A stretch of DNA of 64,000 bases, taken from IMG/VR virus record IMGVR_UViG_3300029517_000186; one strand, given 5' to 3'. Shown piece after piece: positions 18,347-28,055 of the stretch. The position numbers and the translations under genes are program-made. The stretch's first letter is position 1. Every line of letters starts with the position of its first letter. Under the pieces are notes generated by a model. It was not told where the DNA came from and did no database searches. It saw only the letters and a list, made by a program, of their open reading frames with translations. The DNA is from a virus. Lineage: Duplodnaviria > Heunggongvirae > Uroviricota > Caudoviricetes.

Positions 18347-18359
18347 TATGACAGAAAAA
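18347..18359 (-). promoter_or_regulatory. conserved promoter motif
   Basis: TATGACAGAAAAA, then terminator hairpin AACGCA ... TGCGTT (18357..18386). Confidence 0.55.
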
Positions 18360-18412
18360 ACGCACATCATAATGACATGCGTTTTAATACAAAATATTCA
18401 ATTAACTATTCA

Positions 18413-20962
18413 CTATGAACATAACTTCTTAAGGTTATTCCTCATACCGGCTGACTCAAACTGGAAAACATTCTTAGTTCTTCCTTTTGCATATACTTCT
18501 TTGTATACCTTATCAGCTTTAGGACCCTCTAATGGAATATTCATTACATCAATTACTTCTCCTGTATCTCTCTGAATCATTCTGAGTGTGTCAGTAATAA
18601 TTGTAAGAGTTTTTAATCCAAGAAAATCCATTTTTAATAATCCATTAGCTTCGCACTGAATCATGTCCATTTCTGTAGTTTTAATTCCCTTTTTTCCATC
18701 TCTAATAGGAATATAATCAGTAACATCATTACTATCATAAATAATAACACCTGCGGCATGTTGTCCGTATGTCGTAAGCATACCTTCACAATGAGCTGCA
18801 ATATTAAGAATAGAAATAGCATCTGGATTACTATTATATTCATCCTTTAAGAAATCTAACAAAGAAACGCTGTCCTGAATATTAATGCCTAATTCATCAA
18901 CCTTATTAGTATCTTTCATGCCAACAATATCTTCAAAATTAGTTGCTTTAGCAGGCACTTTCTTACGAATCTGATCTCCTAAAGATAAGAATTTCTTTTC
19001 ATCATCATAAGCTTTCTTTCCATAATATCTTGCAGCATCTCTGATAGCACCTTTAGCCTGCTGCCTTGATTCTGTAATAATTCCAACAACAGCTTCACTA
19101 CCATATTTAGCTCTTACATACTCAATTGTCTTTTCTCTTACTCCAAGAGCAAGATCGCTATCGATATCAGGCATACTTACTCTTTCTGGATTTAAGAATC
19201 GTTCAAAAATCAGATTATACTTAAATGGATCAATTCCGGTAATACCAAGTAAATATGTAACCAATGAACCGGCACCTGAACCTCTTCCAATGCCTATTCC
19301 AATTCCGGTATTATAATTGTGAGCCTTAACATACTCTTTTGCACCTTCAATTGTTAAAGGTACTTCTGATAGTTTATCCATAGGTACTAATCCACAAATT
19401 CTTCCATATTCCAGGAAGTCCTTTACAATTAAATGATAATCGGCAAAGCCCATCTGAATGATAATATTAAGTTCGTATTCCATTCGTTTCTGATGTTCTT
19501 CATCCCATCCTTTTCCGTTAGGATATCTCCAATTAATTCCCTTAATTGCTTCAGATCTTAATAATTCGTTTGAGTCCTTGTTCTTATCAAATACTGGATA
19601 ATGATTAGATTTTTCTGGAATATAAGCACATCTTTTTCCAATTACATTTAAGTTATTAAGTGCTTCTGCAACCTGATCATCTGTTAATATAGCTGATAAG
19701 GCCTGAGCAAGTTCGTAAGGTGTTTTTACATATAACTCTTTATCTGATTCCGACTCACTTATCTTAATAAATCTTAAAAATTTTGCTACATTACGCATAT
19801 CAATACTTCTATCAGAATTATCTGCCATATGTGCATCATTAGCAGCAACTAATGGGATATTATGCTTCCTTGCTAACTGAGCTAACACAGGATATGTCCT
19901 GCTTTCCATTTCAAGACCATGATTCTGAACTTCAATGTAATAATTACCTGCTCCAAAAATTTCCTGATAAAAAAGCATTGTCTTTTCTGCTTCAGACATT
20001 AATTCTATTGGGCTTTTCTTTAATGATTCATAATGCTGTATCTTATTTTCATGATTAATATATTCCTCTACCTTAAGACTTATATCCTTTAACTCGGCTT
20101 TCTTAGCATTAACTAATTTTCTGACATTAGGAATTTTATCTTTAGCTTCCAGAATTTTATTATTTATCTCCTCATATTCATTAATCAGTTTAATAAGCTC
20201 TGGATCATCATCATTTAAACACTTCCTTGCATCTCTTAATTTTCTTGAGATCTGTGTTCTTTCTGATTTAAGTTCCTTGGAATCACGAATATTAATTAAT
20301 TCATCTAAATCTGCCGATACCTTTTCAAATTCATCTTTAGCTGAAAGATATTCTTTATCATCAGGACTTATACAATCACGTATAACTAGCTCGTCTTTTT
20401 CAGTAGTATGCTGCTGTGCTTTTCTTTCTCTGTTAATCATTTTATCCAAAACATCATCTGATAATAATTGCAGAGCTGGTGCACCCGAAACGCAAGCTGA
20501 AGTTGCTATTATATCACCGTTAAAGTTATATTTCTTTAAATCTGATATTGTAATAACAGGCTTTCCCATTCTTTTTTCAGAAGCCTTAGAATTTAACTTA
20601 TCAATAATATGCTTGCCTCTTTCTGAAGTGGCTAACATAATCATATGGCCAATCTGCTCATTTATCTTAAATGGTGGCACTTCAATATAAGCCTCTACGC
20701 CATAAATGATATTAAAAGGATGTTCCTCAGTACTTATTTTCTTAGCGTAATCAATACATGTTTGCATTGCTGAAAATGATGCATGGTCCGTAACAGCAAA
20801 TTTAGTATATCCTGCATTAAATGCAGCATCTAAATAACTTTTAGGTTCATCTACGGCATCAAACAAAGAGCCTCCTGGATGGTTATGTTCACACACTGTA
20901 ACTCCTGACTCAATAACCTTTTTTGTTAATTCTCCAATTTTTACATGTTCAAACATTGACAT
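18413..20962 (-). CDS. dnaE: DNA polymerase III alpha subunit (DnaE), N-terminal part (PHP plus palm) of a split gene
   Basis: PHP VCEHNHPGG ... FAVTDHASF; palm GRGSGAGSLVTYLLGITGIDPFKYNLIFERFLNPERVSMPDIDSD; ends ...NVFQFESAGMRNNLKKLCS at the junction where the C-part resumes. Confidence 0.9.
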   Translation of the reverse strand: MSMFEHVKIGELTKKVIESGVTVCEHNHPGGSLFDAVDEPKSYLDAAFNAGYTKFAVTDHASFSAMQTCIDYAKKISTEEHPFNIIYGVEAYIEVPPFKINEQIGHMIMLATSERGKHIIDKLNSKASEKRMGKPVITISDLKKYNFNGDIIATSACVSGAPALQLLSDDVLDKMINRERKAQQHTTEKDELVIRDCISPDDKEYLSAKDEFEKVSADLDELINIRDSKELKSERTQISRKLRDARKCLNDDDPELIKLINEYEEINNKILEAKDKIPNVRKLVNAKKAELKDISLKVEEYINHENKIQHYESLKKSPIELMSEAEKTMLFYQEIFGAGNYYIEVQNHGLEMESRTYPVLAQLARKHNIPLVAANDAHMADNSDRSIDMRNVAKFLRFIKISESESDKELYVKTPYELAQALSAILTDDQVAEALNNLNVIGKRCAYIPEKSNHYPVFDKNKDSNELLRSEAIKGINWRYPNGKGWDEEHQKRMEYELNIIIQMGFADYHLIVKDFLEYGRICGLVPMDKLSEVPLTIEGAKEYVKAHNYNTGIGIGIGRGSGAGSLVTYLLGITGIDPFKYNLIFERFLNPERVSMPDIDSDLALGVREKTIEYVRAKYGSEAVVGIITESRQQAKGAIRDAARYYGKKAYDDEKKFLSLGDQIRKKVPAKATNFEDIVGMKDTNKVDELGINIQDSVSLLDFLKDEYNSNPDAISILNIAAHCEGMLTTYGQHAAGVIIYDSNDVTDYIPIRDGKKGIKTTEMDMIQCEANGLLKMDFLGLKTLTIITDTLRMIQRDTGEVIDVMNIPLEGPKADKVYKEVYAKGRTKNVFQFESAGMRNNLKKLCS

Positions 20963-20997
20963 TAAATTTCCTCCTTTATAAATTTTATAATTAATAC

Positions 20998-21010
20998 ATG
21001 ACAGAAAAAA
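20998..21010 (-). promoter_or_regulatory. conserved promoter motif (CATGACAGAAAAA)
   Basis: Upstream of the dnaE N-part, followed by the terminator at 21012..21039. Confidence 0.5.
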
Positions 21011-21073
21011 TACACCAGTTGAGATTAGTCAACTGGTGTATAAATGCACATTATTTAATTGTTAATTATTTTA

Positions 21074-22225
21074 TTATTCTACCTTAACAACGTCTCCTCT
21101 ATCTGATGTTTCAGTAATAACAATATACTTGATTTCCATATTGTCGTTTGCAAGAGCAATTCTTGTTACATTATCTTCCTTACTTGTATCGACAATCCAA
21201 TCATATCCTTCAACTGCAGACATTATCTTTGAATCAGTAATGATTTTATCAACATACTCTCCAATCATAATTCTGTCTTCAAGTCTGATAAAATCAGCAC
21301 TATTCCAACCAATTGAAACAGATTTAATATGTGAAGGGATATTAATGCTATTGAGTCTCATTAATGTACCACCATTAAGAGCAATCATTTCTGCTTTAAT
21401 ATGATCCATTTCGATTAATTCCTTAGTATTAGTAATTGTATCTAAATGATAATCACAATTATTGCATTCATCATAATCTCCACAATCATTTTCGCAGTCA
21501 TAACCACAATCACAATCAGGATTATAATAATTATTATCACATACCTGCTCTGTATATTCAATGACCCATGTAGGTACATTCATTGAATTTCTTACAGTAA
21601 TGACATTATTTATTGGTGCGTCAAGCATTAAATAACTTGAAATATAATTCTTTGCACCATCATAAACGATAATTTCAGCATTATCAAAATATTCAGCGAA
21701 AATATCTTTTCCATTACAATCCTTCTTTGTTTCAAAGTGTGTATAGGAAGTCTTTAGTATCACATATTTGTCACATACACCTATAACTTCCGGCATTGGA
21801 ATTGAAACTGGAATAAGTTTCTTAAACTTATCCTCATCCGGCTTATAAGCAAATAAATCAATATAATCATCATGTTCTGTTGTGTTTTCTCTAGGCAATA
21901 CAGCTAATAAAAGCTTACCTGGAACAGATGTAACGATACTCTTAATTACCAGTGAACCCTGCTGTGTAGCAGCAACACCATCCTTAAGTAAAATTCCGTC
22001 TTCTACTGAATATCCATCTGGAATATCTGGAATATTAGGATTGCTGATAAGTCTAAAAGCAATTGCGTTAGATGATGATATCATAACAGATATATCCTCG
22101 TTTACTTCACCATTTTCTAAAAGACAAGCCGTTCCTACGCCATCGGTAACAGATGTAATTAAATACTGTCTGTTGTCAACCTTGTTTAATACTGTTACAT
22201 TTTCTAAAATTTTGTTTTCTCTCAT
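21074..22225 (-). CDS. hypothetical protein, tandem paralogue A (Cys-rich insertion)
   Basis: 383 aa; shares N- and C-terminal blocks with 22358..23407; insert CDNNYYNPDCDCGYDCENDCGDYDECNNCDYH. Confidence 0.6.
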   Translation of the reverse strand: MRENKILENVTVLNKVDNRQYLITSVTDGVGTACLLENGEVNEDISVMISSSNAIAFRLISNPNIPDIPDGYSVEDGILLKDGVAATQQGSLVIKSIVTSVPGKLLLAVLPRENTTEHDDYIDLFAYKPDEDKFKKLIPVSIPMPEVIGVCDKYVILKTSYTHFETKKDCNGKDIFAEYFDNAEIIVYDGAKNYISSYLMLDAPINNVITVRNSMNVPTWVIEYTEQVCDNNYYNPDCDCGYDCENDCGDYDECNNCDYHLDTITNTKELIEMDHIKAEMIALNGGTLMRLNSINIPSHIKSVSIGWNSADFIRLEDRIMIGEYVDKIITDSKIMSAVEGYDWIVDTSKEDNVTRIALANDNMEIKYIVITETSDRGDVVKVE

Positions 22226-22263
22226 AATGAAAAATCTCCTTTTTTTATTTTATTCAAATAAAA

Positions 22264-22276
22264 TATGACAGAAAAA
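22264..22276 (-). promoter_or_regulatory. conserved promoter motif
   Basis: TATGACAGAAAAA. Confidence 0.55.
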
Positions 22277-22357
22277 ATAAAACAAAATAGGATTAAAGCA
22301 TATACATGCCTTAACCCTACTTTTTAAATTAATTATAGAGAATTCCGTTAATATCAA

Positions 22358-23407
22358 TTACTCTATGGTTATAATGTCTCCTCTATCTCTTGTTTCAGAA
22401 ATAACAAGAGTCTTTATCTCCATAGTATTTGTATTAGCAAGAGAAATTCTTGTAACATGATCCTTAGATGTAATATCCACAATTACATTATAACCTGCAA
22501 GCTCAGCAACTATCTTATCTGGGATCTTATATGTGATATCATTAATATACCACTTGCCTGAAGAAGCTTTAATAAGACTTGCGTTATATCCCTTTGAAAT
22601 TGATTCTGGAACACTGTCAATTGCTGTTGTCTTATAAAGACTTAATGAATGGCCTTCAGAAGTAATAAATCTTAATGTAATATAATCATCTTCCTTGATA
22701 ATTCCGTCAGAATCGACTACTGTATCTGCTTCAATTGCGAAAATTGTTTCATTAGGTGCCTTAACAGAATCTACAGCCTTAATTGGCTCTGCAAAAGAAA
22801 CATGATCAACAACTGCATCAGACATTACATCATATAACATGATTGCTGCAGCATCAAAGATATTATCTGTTTCAATAGTTCCATCTTCAAGCTTCTTATC
22901 CTTAGTATAAGTTCTTGAATATGTCATATATAACTGCATCTTATTCTCAGAAGAAGCAATGATTGTAACTTCTGGAATAGATCTTCTGATAAGCTTATTA
23001 AACTTATCTGACTCAACTGTATATGACATAATATCGAAATAACCTTCTCTTGGTTCTCTTGGTTCAACAGATAAAATAAGTCTTCCTGCAACACCTGTAA
23101 TAATACTATTAATTACCAGTGAACCCTGTTCCGTAGCAGGGACTCCATTCTTAAGCAAAATTCCGTTTTCTACAGTATATCCAGTTGGAACATCTGGGAT
23201 ATTAGGATCATCAATCAACTTGTAAGCTATTGCATTATTAGCTGTAATTACTGCAGTAACCGAAGCATCAAGTGAACCATCCTCCTTAATTAACTTGGCT
23301 GTTCCTTTAATGGAATCACCTGAACCATCAACATTAATTATCTGATAATTCTTACGGTCTACCTTGTTTAATACTGTTACATTAGTCTTAATCTTGTTTA
23401 TTCTCAT
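22358..23407 (-). CDS. hypothetical protein, tandem paralogue B
   Basis: 349 aa; NVTVLNKVD, IPDVPTGYTVENGILLKNGV, C-terminal VTRISLANTNTMEIKTLVISETRDRGDIITIE. Confidence 0.6.
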   Translation of the reverse strand: MRINKIKTNVTVLNKVDRKNYQIINVDGSGDSIKGTAKLIKEDGSLDASVTAVITANNAIAYKLIDDPNIPDVPTGYTVENGILLKNGVPATEQGSLVINSIITGVAGRLILSVEPREPREGYFDIMSYTVESDKFNKLIRRSIPEVTIIASSENKMQLYMTYSRTYTKDKKLEDGTIETDNIFDAAAIMLYDVMSDAVVDHVSFAEPIKAVDSVKAPNETIFAIEADTVVDSDGIIKEDDYITLRFITSEGHSLSLYKTTAIDSVPESISKGYNASLIKASSGKWYINDITYKIPDKIVAELAGYNVIVDITSKDHVTRISLANTNTMEIKTLVISETRDRGDIITIE

Positions 23408-23448
23408 GATTAAGTCCTCCTTTTATTTTTTATTTAATACAAATTACA

Positions 23449-23461
23449 TATGACAGAAAAA
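23449..23461 (-). promoter_or_regulatory. conserved promoter motif
   Basis: TATGACAGAAAAA, followed by the terminator at 23475..23510. Confidence 0.55.
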
Positions 23462-23528
23462 TAAAAATAAACAAAAAATAGGACTTGTTTTTTGTAAATC
23501 CTATTTTTTATTAATTATTAAAATTTAT

Positions 23529-24125
23529 TTAAATTAATTGATTGCTGATTTTATCATTTATTTTATATGATTTTTGCTTTTCTGTATCATACTTTTTTGC
23601 CAAATAATCTACATATTCATCAAAATCAGTTCTTAAATTCTGAGAATTATTATTAGCATAATCAGCTTTTTCTAATTCTTCATTTACAAGATCTGATAGT
23701 GATGTCTTAAGAACATGCTCCATTTTTTCCTTTTCAGTTTTTCTTTTTTCATTATTCTTACGAATTATATTACCGATAACTATTATCGCAATAACAATAG
23801 CTATAAAAATACCTAAACCAATTAATATACCCTTAATCGGAATATTAGTTAAAACATCTGATACGCTATTTCCAATATTTTCTGTAGCTTCTGTAGTACT
23901 TTCCGAATCTGTTTGTGAAGTATTATATTCGGTTCTTAAAATTGAAATTAAAATAGAAAATATAAATCTTGAAGAAATCAAGATTGTCCCCACTATACAG
24001 TTACCAACTCCACTAGATACTCCTGACTCATCATCATTTAAAATCGATCCAAGTATATTAGAAAAACCTATAGCAACAATGATAACCCCTAAGCAGCCTA
24101 AACATGTGTTTATTATATTTAACAT
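23529..24125 (-). CDS. hypothetical membrane protein
   Basis: 198 aa; three TM segments; AAGGAG RBS. Confidence 0.55.
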   Translation of the reverse strand: MLNIINTCLGCLGVIIVAIGFSNILGSILNDDESGVSSGVGNCIVGTILISSRFIFSILISILRTEYNTSQTDSESTTEATENIGNSVSDVLTNIPIKGILIGLGIFIAIVIAIIVIGNIIRKNNEKRKTEKEKMEHVLKTSLSDLVNEELEKADYANNNSQNLRTDFDEYVDYLAKKYDTEKQKSYKINDKISNQLI

Positions 24126-24385
24126 AAAAACTCCTTACATTTAAATATACTCTAAAACTATAATTTAAAAATTAACTTAGAGTTTTAAAATAGCATTTTT
24201 AATACTTCAATATCATCATATACAAATAAACATCGACTGAAATCCCATCTTCAGATATTTCACTGACAATGGCATGTATTCCATCGATGAGCGTCTTATT
24301 CACCTCATTTTATTGCTCAAAATACCAGCTATAGTCATACTTTATTATCAATCAACACTACCCCAAACACATCACACATTAATTG

Positions 24386-24553
24386 CTATTCATTTGCATA
24401 GTTCTCTACTGCAGCTTCTGTCTGCTGTGTTTCAACATTCGTATTCTTAGCTGTATTTCTAACACCATAGCCTACCACAAACATTATTGCACTGATCCAA
24501 ATAATAGCTATCATCACAACATAAATGCCACAATCATGCAAAAAATCTAACAT
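24386..24553 (-). CDS. small membrane protein (55 aa)
   Basis: GGGAGGG RBS; ATG at 24553; one TM helix; below the ORF-track cut-off. Confidence 0.4.
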   Translation of the reverse strand: MLDFLHDCGIYVVMIAIIWISAIMFVVGYGVRNTAKNTNVETQQTEAAVENYANE

Positions 24554-24861
24554 AATCTGTCCCTCCCATTTTATTTCTTCTTCTCTAATCTTTATTATTA
24601 AAATCCTGCCTTTTACAGGTAAGCAAAATGCTTAGGTTGAGTTTCACTATTTACTTTTATTGAAAAACAATAAAGGAAAATGTTAAAGCTGAATAATAAA
24701 TTATTCTGCCTTATTATTTTTCTTCTTGTTTTCTTCCTTTTCCTTTAAAAGACTATTCTCCATCTTTACAAAAATTGATTTCTTCTTGCCAAAAGGCTTT
24801 GCTGTAATTCCCATTTGTTAAATCCTTTCTTAATTAAAATATTTTTTAAAGACATTTAATA

Positions 24862-24874
24862 TATGACAGATTTA
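24862..24874 (-). promoter_or_regulatory. class II promoter (TTATGTAAAAAAT-N-CTGTCATATAT) after the kinase gene
   Basis: TATGACAGATTT with TTTACATAAA at 24886..24895; terminator hairpin at 24898..24926. Confidence 0.5.
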
Positions 24875-24934
24875 ATTACTCATTTTTTTACATAAAAAAA
24901 GAGATGGTTTTTGCCACCTCTTTTTTAAAATAAT

Positions 24935-25498
24935 TTAAAAATATTTCGAATAAAATAAATCAACCTGATGATACAAATATTGCAAATCTTTATCGTTAGT
25001 TATTAAAAAATCATATTCTTTTGAATTTTTATATGTATCAAATTCCTCTCTTTCACTCTCTAAGCGTATTCGCAAAGTATCAGGATTATCTCCTCTCAGA
25101 AGCCCTCTTTTAATTATTTTATTTTCAGCCAAATCAACATATACACAAATCAAATTAAATAAATTACGTTTATTATGCTCTTTTAACCATTTAACGCCAT
25201 CGGGATTTATAATGTATACGCATATATTTGAAGGTAAAGCTTCTAATGCAGCACAATATTCTATTCCAGTTTTATTATTTTTTGTATAAGCTATGATTGT
25301 TTTTTCTTTTAAAACATTGCTCATTTCTTCCTTTGAAATAAATACATGTTCCACACCATTTGTCTCATATTCTCTTTTGGGCCTTGTTGTCATTGAAACA
25401 ACTGAAGGAATTCTATACTTTTCATTTAACACCTTTGCGACTGTATCCTTACCACTTGATGTTTTCCCTATAACTGCAATTATTGTTTTTTTATCCAT
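24935..25498 (-). CDS. guanylate kinase-like (d)NMP kinase
   Basis: P-loop GKTSSGKDT; guanylate kinase signature TTRPKREYETNGVEHVF; AGGAGA RBS. Confidence 0.8.
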   Translation of the reverse strand: MDKKTIIAVIGKTSSGKDTVAKVLNEKYRIPSVVSMTTRPKREYETNGVEHVFISKEEMSNVLKEKTIIAYTKNNKTGIEYCAALEALPSNICVYIINPDGVKWLKEHNKRNLFNLICVYVDLAENKIIKRGLLRGDNPDTLRIRLESEREEFDTYKNSKEYDFLITNDKDLQYLYHQVDLFYSKYF

Positions 25499-25515
25499 AT
25501 TAAAAATCTCCTAAT

Positions 25516-25570
25516 GAACTACTCACAACCGACTTTTGTCGGATGGAGTTTTCTTGCAATTCTTCGATAA
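25516..25570 (-). repeat. copy 2 of the 55-nt structured repeat element (immediately upstream of the kinase RBS)
   Basis: GAACTACTCACAACCGACTTTTGTCGGATGGAGTTTTCTTGCAATTCTTCGATAA. Confidence 0.7.
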
Positions 25571-25720
25571 CTAATGCCATAAGCAATTATATAATTCATC
25601 AATGCGGTTCTGGCATCTGTCAGCTTCTAATTCATTACCGGATTCCGAATACTGGTCCCTTTTAATTTCCCAATTTTGAATTTCTTTTTTTATTCTTGTA
25701 TATTTACCATTTTCTTTCAT
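25571..25720 (-). CDS. small hypothetical protein (49 aa)
   Basis: AAGGAG RBS; ATG at 25720; TAG stop abuts the repeat element; promoter at 25756. Confidence 0.4.
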   Translation of the reverse strand: MKENGKYTRIKKEIQNWEIKRDQYSESGNELEADRCQNRIDELYNCLWH

Positions 25721-25755
25721 ATATTAACTCCTTTTATCTTAAAATTTATTAAATA

Positions 25756-25768
25756 TATGACAGAAAAA
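25756..25768 (-). promoter_or_regulatory. conserved promoter motif
   Basis: TATGACAGAAAAA, then the terminator at 25764..25800 (AGTCCCATTTA ... TAAATGGGACT). Confidence 0.55.
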
Positions 25769-25817
25769 AAGTCCCATTTAATTAAATGGGACTAAAAATT
25801 ATTTTTATGAATTAATG

Positions 25818-26072
25818 CTATTTATCATCCATATTTTCATTAATATTATCAATATTAATGACATCATTTTTATCAGCTATTATTATATAAGATGATATTA
25901 TTTTTGCAATAAATAAAGCGTTAACTACAATTAAAATAACTCCTGGGATTATGTTATTAAAGTGCTTAATAACATCAAAAGCAATATCAGGAATGAACAT
26001 AAAAGCTTCAATTATACAAGAAAATATTACACTATCTATTCCTTTTCTTATGCCTACTATATATTTATCCAT
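25818..26072 (-). CDS. small membrane protein
   Basis: AAAGGAGAA RBS and ATG at 26072 (MDKYIVGIRKG...); two TM helices. Confidence 0.5.
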   Translation of the reverse strand: MDKYIVGIRKGIDSVIFSCIIEAFMFIPDIAFDVIKHFNNIIPGVILIVVNALFIAKIISSYIIIADKNDVINIDNINENMDDK

Positions 26073-26098
26073 GATGTTCTCCTTTTTTTCTTTCCATA

Positions 26099-26995
26099 CT
26101 AAATTACTGCACATTGCAAATTTAACCGGTTTATTATACTTACTACATGCTCCTTACACTTTTCAATTAAAATACATTTCCTTTTTTTATTAAGACATGC
26201 TTCTCCTGTAACGCCACTACCCGCAAATTGATCTAAAACTAATTCACCAGGTAAAGTAAAATATTCTAATAACTGTTCAAATAAAGCAACTGGTTTTTCT
26301 GTCTGGACATTCTTTAATTTATTAGGAATGGCCTGCACATTAAATTCAGTAGGCAGCATTCCATTAGCTCCACTCATAAATCTGGTAGGTACTCCATTTA
26401 TAACGCCTCTTTGCTTATCTGGTCTTAATGCTCTTGGCTTACCTTTACTAAAAATCATTATGTCTTCTGTATTTTTAGCTTTTCTTCCTGTATTACTTAC
26501 AAATGTACCTTTTTTCCATGCAACTTTTGCATAATACTTAAATCCTGCCTGTTCTGCCATCTTCTTAATCTCATATAAATAATCAAAATTATTTTCATTT
26601 TCTGCAGGTAAAATTTCTACTAAGAAACTACCTTCCTTTAATACCCTAGCTTTTTCCATAAAATCTGATAAGGTATATTTAAAACAATCATACTGAGCTA
26701 AATGTCTTGTTCCACCATTATTAGATTTCTTATCATCCCATGGATGATCAGTAATTATGCAATCCATAGATTCACTTTCAAAAACAGATAAATCTCTTCC
26801 ATCGCCTTCAATAAGAACTACATCATCTGTTACATATAGTCCTTTTGATAGTTTCTTAAATTCTTTACCTAAATTTTCATAAATTCTTGCTCTGACTGAC
26901 TCTTTTTGATATGAAAGATTAACAGCATATGCTTCTTTTAATGTAAACTGCTGTCCTGGTTTAAAAGCCGCTAATAGGTTTGATAAAATACTCAT
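26099..26995 (-). CDS. DNA methyltransferase (beta-class N4-cytosine/N6-adenine, PF01555-like)
   Basis: Motif IV variant CIITDHPWD near the N-terminus; motif I ELVLDQFAGSGVTGEA near the C-terminus. Confidence 0.8.
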   Translation of the reverse strand: MSILSNLLAAFKPGQQFTLKEAYAVNLSYQKESVRARIYENLGKEFKKLSKGLYVTDDVVLIEGDGRDLSVFESESMDCIITDHPWDDKKSNNGGTRHLAQYDCFKYTLSDFMEKARVLKEGSFLVEILPAENENNFDYLYEIKKMAEQAGFKYYAKVAWKKGTFVSNTGRKAKNTEDIMIFSKGKPRALRPDKQRGVINGVPTRFMSGANGMLPTEFNVQAIPNKLKNVQTEKPVALFEQLLEYFTLPGELVLDQFAGSGVTGEACLNKKRKCILIEKCKEHVVSIINRLNLQCAVI

Positions 26996-27008
26996 ATTAT
27001 ATTCTCCT

Positions 27009-27875
27009 TTATTTTGTTTGATAAAGAAGATATGACAGAAAATTATTTACATTAGAATTTAAATTGTTATTTCTTATTACTAAAATATTTCTTATAACAA
27101 TTATGAAAAATATAATACTCATTACGATTAGACAAATATTTTGCAACATAACAGGCATAAATGAATACAATACACTACTTGCATTAACTCCAATATGAAT
27201 TAAAATAGAGGGCAATAAATTATCTGTTTTTATATATACATAGGCTAATATAATACCGAAAATAAATGCATAAGTGCTTTGAATAATATTAAAATGCACT
27301 AATCCAAAAACGAAAGCTGATATATAAATTGAGCTTACATCTGGTTTCTTAAAGAATTTGTTTTGCTTTATTATTTTTGTAATACCGTATCTAAATATTA
27401 ATTCTTCAACAACTGGCGTAATAACACCTGTTATTAAGAGTACTTGAAGCCAATTTCCGGTTACAGTAACATTCATCAAAGAATTATATGAGTTAGAAAC
27501 TAAATTATTAGGTAAGGAATCTATTACCACAGAAGCTAAAAAATTCATAATAATGCCTGTTAAAATAAATGTCTTGACATCTTTTAATGATAATTTTGAA
27601 ATAAATATGATTGATTTATTAACTTTATATTCTTTAAGCACAACAAACTCAAGTATTATAATGTCAGAAACAAATAATGCAGGCATAATTAATTCACTGA
27701 GCATACTAAGATAACTATATGAAAGTAAATTACCTGTTTCTATACATACATATAAATTATCATACCATTGTGAATCAGAAAACAATTTAAAAATAAATAC
27801 GCCCAATGTACATACAATTTGAGTAATAAGAAAGGCAAATACTATTCCAATAATCTTTGTAATTTGTTTAATCAT
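27009..27875 (-). CDS. CPBP-family (Abi/CAAX) intramembrane protease, second copy
   Basis: GGAGGT RBS and ATG at 27875 (MIKQITKII...); VVEELIFRYG, FVFGLVHFN, HIGVN. Confidence 0.8.
   Translation of the reverse strand: MIKQITKIIGIVFAFLITQIVCTLGVFIFKLFSDSQWYDNLYVCIETGNLLSYSYLSMLSELIMPALFVSDIIILEFVVLKEYKVNKSIIFISKLSLKDVKTFILTGIIMNFLASVVIDSLPNNLVSNSYNSLMNVTVTGNWLQVLLITGVITPVVEELIFRYGITKIIKQNKFFKKPDVSSIYISAFVFGLVHFNIIQSTYAFIFGIILAYVYIKTDNLLPSILIHIGVNASSVLYSFMPVMLQNICLIVMSIIFFIIVIRNILVIRNNNLNSNVNNFLSYLLYQTK
27031..27043 (-). promoter_or_regulatory. conserved promoter motif for the methyltransferase
   Basis: TATGACAGAAAAT; CTTTATCAAA box between the motif and the RBS. Confidence 0.55.
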
Positions 27876-28055
27876 TATTTTGTTGACCTCCAAATTGCTT
27901 TATTTTTATTTTGATATGATTTTTTAATTTCTATTAAGTCTATTATTATAATTCCTTCTTAAAAAAGTTTATATATATTAATATGACGGAGTGAAACAAA
28001 AAAAATAGCAGGAATTAACCTGCTATTTTTATTATATTCAATTGTATTAAATTAA

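Noticed and set aside
11052-20962. Intein or split-intein explanation for the split dnaE
   Set aside because: The junction residues (…KKLCS / MNKTGIED…) abut conserved extein sequence, with no Hint-domain blocks and no terminal Cys/Ser-Asn splicing residues
24701-24814. 37-aa Lys-rich ORF (MGITAKPFGKKKS…) downstream of the class II promoter at 24862
   Set aside because: Only a weak AAAGGA RBS and low-complexity sequence; left out of the feature list, although it could be a real micro-protein in the 24126..24860 small-ORF unit
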